NCBI RefSeq assembly: GCF_964204645.1 | Contig: NC_134031.1 | Coordinates: 2,914,001-2,978,000, forward strand | DNA length: 64,000 nucleotides | Origin: Tubulanus polymorphus | Taxonomy: Eukaryota > Animalia > Nemertea | Reading direction: 5' to 3' | Notes under the pieces: generated by a model | What the model was told of the DNA's origin: nothing | The model's input: only the letters and a program-made list of their open reading frames with translations | Database searches by the model: none | Part shown: positions 56,141 to 64,000 of the stretch, piece after piece | Numbering within the stretch: the stretch's first letter is position 1 | How the letters are laid out: every line of letters begins with the position of its first letter | Made by a program: the position numbers and the translations under genes

Positions 56141-58311
56141 CATTCGTAGTTTTCTTGATAGAGAGATACGGTTTCGCTCGAACTGATGTGCGTTCGAGGG
56201 ATATGCAATTTCACGAATTGCACCTCAAACTCGGGACGCGCAGTTGATTGAAACTGTAAAGTTTAATAAAAACGTCGCACTATTAAACTACATTGTTCGA
56301 CATTACGTTACGGAGTTGAGCACGCTAGCGGTAGCGACGTGGGAGCGCGAGAATTCACGAGGGACGACGAGAACTGTGAAATTTCTGATTAGATTTCTTG
56401 GTTTAATGTTTAAAGGTATTTGATTCGACGGCTTCCATCGTTCGGTGTAGGTTGCAGAAATGTATCATCGCCCCGGCGAAGTTCGTGGTGATTTTAATTA
56501 ATTTTTCTTTATCCGAGTTTTACGCGTTGCATGGATTCATTTGGGCTCGGATGGAATTGTGTTAGATTTATATACAACCGCGAACATAAACTCGAACACG
56601 AAATTACGGCTTTCGTGTTCAGCAGACATTTCTACAGGTATCAATTTCATTTCAAGTCAAAGGCCAAAAGGTCTCGAAAGGCAGCGCAAATATTTGACGC
56701 CGAAATTTCAATATCGGATATGTAGAATTATATTTTGAATGGACTCTGAAGATGGGAAGAAGTAATCTTTCAGAAACTATACACGAAACAAGAATTGCAC
56801 TTGTTGTGGTTTTTTAGATATACCTGATATACTGCGACTATATACAAAGCCGTACCTAGCATTTGAATTTTTCTCTTTTTTGGGCTGAGAAACCCGAAAA
56901 TGGGCAGTTCGATTGGAAATAACAATAATATTTGCAGAAAGGGCACTTTTCTAAAGGGTTTTTGCACCCCCACGCTATTTACAGCCCTGCTTTAGTCTAA
57001 AATAATTTCGACTTCGACAAGTTTGTTGAAAAATTCCCACGCCATGAAACGTGTTTTGATTCTAGGCTACGCGCGCGCCTGTTGCCGAGGCGCCCATGGC
57101 GTTAGGGCTCCGATCGTCTTATTCGGGGCTCGAAACGTCTTTAAACCGTCACGAAACGATAACATATTCGTAGCGATCGACAAATATTTTCCGACAACAA
57201 CCGCTCCACGCAACCGTTTGTTCTCGGTACGACGGGTAACAACTGTTAGAAGCGTCTGAGTCGATCCGATGATAAAATGGCGGCTCCCGGTGACAATTTA
57301 AACACAATATTTGTCGTGTTTACATTTTAAAGAAAAGCCGCGCCGATAAAATCACAGCCTCGAGCGTAGAAAACTTTCTTGAAAACATGTCCGAAATGAG
57401 CGAGACATGACTCGGCATCGCATTTCGGTATTTGTCGATTTGTTGTTTTTGCTTTTGAATGGTCGGGATTGATGTAAGTTTCTATTGCCGGTTTAATCGT
57501 AGCCAGCGGCGGCCGAGGTGACGGCGGCGCTTCGCCCTGTCGCCCGGCAGAGACCGACGGGGATCAGCATCACCGTCAAAACCCCCGAAAATCGAATTCA
57601 AACAATAACACGCTTTAACAAGGCTGGGTATTAATCGTAGAAACTAAAGCGCCCGCCTCGTCCATATTACAAGCGCGCATCTGCGCCTGACTGGCCACGT
57701 ATTAATGACACGCACTTTATCGTAAATAGCGAGACAAAATGGACGCTTTGTGCAGCCCGCTTTCCTAATCCCGTCCCACCTATTAAAACTCGGTTTCGAT
57801 GCCGGTTCGAGATAATATTCACAAAAAGCTCCCAAATCTAATCGAATTCGCTTGCATTATAACCGGGGCGAGGAGAGATGCAATCTTGTCGCGGCTCGAC
57901 ATAAACTCGATGATTTCGGTATAGCTTTTGATAAGATCTTGGCTCCGGGCGGTATCTTTCTGATCTACAGCTTGTAGCCTTTTTGTTTTACCGCCTCGGG
58001 CCGGGTAAATTTTTATTACGGACAAAAATAACGACAAATGATGCGCAATAGAAATCGTCTACACGGCATATTGAGGCCACCATGATGGAAGGCATCATGC
58101 GCAAGATTTTTGCTTTTCATTTCGAACTATCACACAATACCCTCAGTTCCCAGAGACACTTTTGAAATAAGATCAAATGAAACTAAACCCATTTTTGATT
58201 TACCAGAATCAAAGGCTCAAATTCAGATTAAACGAATGGATCCGTCGTGGCGAAACCTACTTTAATGAAGTCATGAATGGGTCAACTCATCCCCATCGTG
58301 ATCAAAATCAG

Positions 58312-58452
58312 GGGCCAATTCCACAGTCGTAGGTTATATTTGAGACCAGTCTGGGACCATCTTTGTTCTATAGCTAATCGAATCTAACAACCTAAGACCC
58401 GAAGTCATAAGATTTGAGACCACCAGGACCAAGTCACAGTGCAACTGGACTC
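58312..58452. mobile_element. Harbinger-type MITE, decayed full-length copy
   Basis: CAG-GGGCCAATTCCACAGTCG ... CAGTGCAACTGGACTC. The body is similar to 23110-23235 and 55845-55925. Confidence 0.55.
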
Positions 58453-61400
58453 GTGATTTCTTGATCGTAAAAACTAAGACTTGGTCCTGAGGCCCGCATG
58501 CACGTATATATGAACAATGTATTCATAGATTCTATTCTAAAACGCATCTAAAGACTCACACATAGAGGCGAATGCGTCGGAATTCAAATGAAATATTAAA
58601 CAAGGTCGTTAATGATATGTCATTTATCACGCCCCGTATTGGCATATTTCCGTTAGAAATAATTCTATCTCCGTTTCTATGCGGTTTTGAAGTGCGATGC
58701 GTTTTGTTTTGGCGCGCGTTGAAAATCTCGCTTCAATGAGAAATTCCCCAAAAACTCTATAGCGGCAGGATATATACAATCGAAACTCGGATAGACCAGA
58801 GAAACTATGCACGGATACAAAAAGAACAATATTCGTACCGAAACATTCTTTTGTTATACGCATTCCAGTCATGATTTTGTTTGAGCTTTTTAACGACGAT
58901 TTGATTAAAAAACCTTCGCATTCTGACTTTGAAAACATGACATTTTAAAGTTTGAGAAATTCGCGGCTCGTCTTTCAATTTCGTAGATAAGGGCCTCGGA
59001 TTTCTCACGGAGAAAAAATCAAATTAAATGCCTTTCTCTGTTAGTATAAACGTTGCTCTTTTCAGAGGTCTGTCGCGGTGACCTGGTCCCAGCGGGTTCA
59101 CGAGTAAATTACTATTTTCTCATCCTAACAGATACAAAGAGTCTTTTTAATCCGACAATAATCGAATAACATACATAGGGAGTGTGCTTGTAGCATATTG
59201 ACGATTTGCATTTTTATTCGTTTAGTAAGCTGGACCCTTTTTATTGCCTATAGTTTATTAGCCTTTTGTCCGGTCAATATACATACATTACTAGAATATA
59301 AAGCCCTCTGCTTCTTTTTGTCGCTGACAAGTTCGAATGGTCATATATTCATAAGCAGGTTTTTTGCATTTTCGTATCGCGCCAGTTGTGATTCGGACAA
59401 CGAAAATCTACAATTGAATCGCCTTTGTCCGTCGTGGCTACAACAGGACAGTCAGACGGTGGGAAAAAATCGGCCACTATTTCATCAATTCTTTGATTTC
59501 ATAAATACACAGAAAAAAACCCCATCCGATCCGATTCAGACTCTTGTCCATTGTGTAGCCGTAATTGCATCGGCCAGAATAGATATTCGCGTCCGTGAGA
59601 TATTGGACGAATCTTCTTCCCGAACTTTCGTCCTCGGCGATGGAAGAAATTCACCGCTGTAAAATATTTGTAATCACGAATACTCGAAAAATGAGAGCTT
59701 TAATCTGAACCTGAAACTACAAGACAACATCGTTACGTTATATAGACTAGATAATGATTCGAAATATCATTTTAATCCGATCAGATCCCGAGATTTAATT
59801 CTCTGCGGGATAAAGCTATTGAGAAATTTCATTTCGGTTTCAATGTACAAGAATTAACTCTCTAATTCTTTAGGAGAAAACCCCCTTATTGGAAGAACAG
59901 TTCTGGAAATGGCTCATAGAATTGAGTCAAAACGTTTAATGCTCTTATAGCTTTTTCGTCATATTGTGAGTTAAATTCAAAATATGAGTGTCATTATTAC
60001 ACTGTAAAGATGTATATCACATCAATTTCTCTTCTTTTGCATAAACAGCTAATCTAATTAAGTTCAAACAGTTCATTCGACAATCTTATCACGATACAAG
60101 CACATGATTGTCGGGGATTGAATCAAACGTTAAGTCATCTCATTTTTTTTAAAAACCAGAATGAGATATAATATCACCATCAAAGATCGATGCAGCTTTG
60201 ACCAGCTTAACATAGACACCAGACACCGCTATATTTCACAGTCCGATGCAGCATTTCCAAGCATTTGTAGATTCATAGCATTTTTCCACCTTTGCGCGGA
60301 TTCTGTCGGACAAGATTCGACATTTGTATGCCGCTCACTAATGCAGCTGGCACAGGTGACATTCTCGGAGACAAAAGGAATAACACGCATTACCGAAAAT
60401 ATCTAGGCATTCTGTGGTTTCAGGTGCGCTCGCGAAACAAAAGGATTTCAAATGATCTGTCGGAAAAAAGTAGATTAATCGTTATCTGCATTCAATAACC
60501 CTTTTCATTTTTCGAAACATACATTATACATTGTTATTGAGTAAACATGAAAAAAGATGTCTTTGTTTTATGGCACTTTTTTATTCAATTTTTTTCAATT
60601 CTACGATTTTTAGAACGTGTTCGATTGAAAATTTGAGTTCGCCTCTGATTCGTCGCGGCGCAATGGAAATTGTATCGGGAGATCGTGATCGCCTTTGTTC
60701 GTTGATTCATAAGATTCATCGTTGATTCAGAACCGAACGTGGCCGAAGTGGCGAAAAATGTCGAAACGCTCGCTAAGAAAATATTAGCAATACAGGACAA
60801 AACGTGGGACGCCTGTGCAAATTGACACATGCCCTTAGATCATTGCTAAAATTGGATTTCATGTTTGTCTTATTGGATTTCCGGCGAAATTCTGTTATTG
60901 CAACCTGTCAAATCCTAATAGCCCAATCTCAGGAAGTTTCAGTTGTTAGCACTACCGGAAGGAAACGTATTTGCGCTTGTCGTCTGCTGCGGAGAGGCGC
61001 GCGCGATCGATATCTGTGTAAAAGGCGTTGGTGATTGTGAAATAAACGGCCGAAGCAAAAAGTCATCGAACTTGTCTATCACCGGGGGAGATAAGAACCT
61101 TAGACCGAGAAACTTTGCCGCCAGGATTCGAACCCACGATACTCGAATCGACGAGGCCAGTCCCGTGTTCGGTCTAAGTTGATGTTGACACAGAGCAGGA
61201 CTCAGTACCACAGTTCTTGACTCGGAGTTATTCATGGAAAATTACCTAATCTTGATTCAGGGTTAACTTTAACTCGCGTCTGTGGAACTTGATCCTGTGC
61301 TTTAAGGCAAAGAGCCGAACCCCCGAAAAGGTTATGTAGGCCTAGATAAATAAAGTGAGTGTATCATGATATTAGGGCATCTTGGCCAGAGTTTGAATAA

Positions 61401-63242
61401 ATCTTTGCCCGAAACTATATACCTCTCACGATTAAACACATGCACTAGTTTTATGATATGATACTTCATTTGACATACCTCATCTAACTACTTGAACTTA
61501 ACTAATTTACCTGATAAAGCTACTACACACTAAGTAGTGAGAAAGCTCTTACCTTAACTAAAATGAAGACAATCTTCAAAGTATTATTCGTCATTACGTT
61601 TTACTAATTCGACGTCAGGTTAACACGACTCCTCCACATCGTTGAAATTAACTGGTTTTACCATATTTTCGCGGAAGCGCTTCTCACACCGCGAACTCAA
61701 AATTGAACCGTGAAAAATACACCGTTTCTGGAGACGACGTTATTATTGGATATTTGGAATACATGCAAAAAATCAATAGGAAATTTTCAATTTGTTCAGT
61801 GTACGCAAACATTTATAGTTTGAACATGGAATCTTAACCCCGGCGATGTGTGCCTTCTCGCGCGGGGCATCGGCAAAAGTACACAAAATCATTGAAACTC
61901 ACTGCAATCGCCATGGCGACCGGGATTGTTGACGTCGTAGGAAATTGTTGACACTGGCAATTTCATCGCTAATTGGATCGTTGGATTCGCCACAAATGAC
62001 CAGATTTTCTGTTCGGCTAATTGAATCAGGAAGAGCTGGTAAACACTGTCGATACAAGCAGGCACTCCGGCGTCGAGTGAGAGTCAATATTGGCCAAGAT
62101 TCCTCTCTCTCTCTCGACTCGAGTGGAGTCAAGTAGCACTGCGCGAAGAAAGCGCCTTCGAATCACGAGCCGTCTTGAATGGCTTAATTGAATAAGCGAT
62201 ACCCGGAAAGTGGCCACTTACGACAAGTGATTCTTAAAATTACGACAGATTGGCGATGATCGTGTGTCGGTTAATGAACGTGATATTAGATAGCCGAAAC
62301 CTAATGAAATAATTGGCCGAACAGGCTAGATGAATATGGCTGTAGCCTCCAAACTGTCCGGTTGATTTGGCGAAGAATATACTCCACGAAATGCGTTCAT
62401 AAAAGTTAACTGTACGCGGAGTGCCCTCGAAAAAAATGTTATCTCATAGCCCATTCTCAACATCCACCTTTAGATTTATTAATTGCGTTCTTAAGAAACA
62501 AAAGCATCGCTTTGTTCGGAGTGGCGGGATATGGAGATGCTCTATTGTCCTTTTAAGGTCAGTTACGATAAAAAGGATATATTCGAAGCACAAAACCCGT
62601 TATAGGCCTCTCCCGGTAAACTCCAAGAATTCGACCCATCATTGTACAAAAGTGTTTGTACAGTTCTCACTTAATCGCTTGTAGTTATTGTCTTGCCAAC
62701 GCGGCCGTTAAGATGTAACTTGTTTACTCGGGTTTCGACCGGGCCCATTACCTCTGATTTCCCTATTGTGGCGACAGTTCGCTATCGCACTCCCGAGGAT
62801 CGCTCGACCATCGTTTCAACAAAAACTTACGCCGCATTTCGGCGCGAATAAACCGATTAATAGCGGCTATAATATCGTTCGATTGCCGTATGATAGCTTC
62901 CGTCCGTGGTATAAGGTCGATACACGTACTTAAATCCCGCCGATTTAAAGTCATCTTTTCCGCGATTCCGCCCTGAAGTCGAGGGTCAGCAAACAACGCA
63001 TGTGACTCCAACAAAGCGTTTCGGTCTTAGCCACTTCAGTTTACTCGGCAATAAAGTATCGCATAATGGTGCCTATGACTTTTATGTCTTACTAGGTTTC
63101 TTTATCTTTTTTTAAAAGGAAAACCACATCGGAATTTAGCCCGTACATGAAATTCGTTTCCCTAAAAATGTATTTCGAAGGATTTCACATACTTTTTAAC
63201 GGCGAAGTTTCGATGGAGGGTATTTCAATTCACACTATAGGA

Positions 63243-63418
63243 TTTTATGCGATTAAAAATTCATTAAAATTTAACTGCGCCGTATCCGCTGTTGACTAAC
63301 AACCATCATCAGGTGCAATGATACCAACATCATCCAACATCATTCCACCTGATGACGGCTGTTAGTCAACAGCCGAAACGTTGTGGTTCAATTTTAATGA
63401 ATTCTTAATCGCATAAAA
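63243..63418. mobile_element. Inverted pair of ~80-bp Penelope-like terminal-repeat fragments containing hammerhead motifs
   Basis: Arms 63243-63322 and 63339-63418 are reverse complements with scattered mismatches, separated by a short CCAACAT-repeat spacer. Confidence 0.7.
63345..63386 (+). ncRNA. Minimal type I hammerhead ribozyme motif
   Basis: CCAC-CUGAUGA-C-GGCUGUU-aguc-AACAGCC-GAAAC-GUU-GUGG: 4-bp helix I, full core, 7-bp helix II, and a loopless palindromic helix III (AACGUU). Confidence 0.75.
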
Positions 63419-63779
63419 CTTTATCGTGGGACATCTATTTCATCTAACGAAAATTACATCGTCATTTATCTCGTCCATGACAATATTATGTCTTCTAAAC
63501 TAACGCTCAATATTCAGCCCATTAAACGGTTACTTTCGTGTACAGAAAATAAAACGTGCTGATACTATGATCCATTGTTTGTAAATTTTGATAGTACGCG
63601 TATTTGTAATTTCGTGTTGTGCATCCTTAACAACAAGCTAAATATATTTCAATATAAAACCACTTAATCATTGCATCGATCGTGGGTATTGTACACCAGC
63701 TGGTGCGAACAAAGTAAAGCCTCGTCGCAAAATCTGTTACTGGCTTCACATACATATTGTCAATAACAATAATGTTGAT

Positions 63780-63970
63780 CACTACCAGCATGCGGTGCGT
63801 ATAGACGCATCTTTATCACGAGCACTTACACGTGCGTACCGTCCACCAAGAGTCGCTGACCCACGGGTTCATTCACCTATTCGTACCATCCTCCCTCTGC
63901 AGGGACTCGAACCTGATGGCATCGCTACACTCAGCAACGGCACGAACCCCTGCCATAAACGACCGTGTGC
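63780..63970 (-). mobile_element. Probable tRNA-derived SINE fragment
   Basis: Perfect Pol III B-box GGTTCGAGTCC on the minus strand (63903-63913), preceded by a stem-loop and an A-box-like segment. There is no complete cloverleaf and the boundaries are approximate. Confidence 0.4.
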
Positions 63971-64000
63971 GCAGATACATGCGCAGCTTTCCGAACGAAA

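Noticed and set aside
56746-56785. Further hammerhead-like strings here and at 63013-63045 (-)
   Set aside because: The core or helix I/II pairing is broken and cannot be distinguished from chance.
60714-60825. Alternative phase-2 candidate for the RPAP2 terminal exon (FIVDSEPNVAEVAKNVETLAKKILAIQDKTWDACAN-stop)
   Set aside because: Weak AAG acceptor and no resemblance to the RPAP2 C-terminus. The exon at 41025 fits much better.
63895-63970. tRNA gene
   Set aside because: A B-box is present but there is no acceptor stem or canonical anticodon arm. Treated as SINE-like.
41200-64000. Numerous 60-154-aa ORFs in the downstream desert (e.g. 49354-49773, 59198-59662)
   Set aside because: No recognisable domains, mostly non-ATG starts, and no chain of phase-compatible exons. 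Small unrecognised exons cannot be fully excluded.

Overview
Eukaryotic, intron-rich metazoan (invertebrate-like) genomic DNA, AT-rich, with GT-AG introns. Most ORFs in the supplied track are spurious or are exon fragments. The first ~26 kb is gene-dense. It holds the 3' part of DNMT1 (+, 25 exons in window, stop 8666), TMEM98 (+, 9808-10873), an uncharacterised ~1,200-aa ARM-repeat + 3xFN3 + disordered-tail gene (-, 20466-11778), and, head-to-head with it, RPAP2/Rtr1 (+, from 21527). RPAP2 does not end with its exon cluster at 25.6 kb. An in-phase terminal exon, not shown in the correct frame by the ORF track, lies at 41025-41166 behind a 15.4-kb last intron. That intron and the following 23 kb contain no recognisable genes. 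They are a mosaic of CpG-rich blocks and AT-rich MITE/SINE-derived spacers, with a cluster of Su(H)/RBPJ sites. This is the architecture expected of a genomic regulatory block, and I hypothesise a Gfi1/senseless-type target beyond the window. The non-coding region also holds Penelope-type minimal hammerhead ribozyme motifs (an inverted pair at 63.2-63.4 kb and one at 27.45 kb), several MITE families, a minisatellite and long (AT)n tracts. All coordinates were read by eye and no searches were run.
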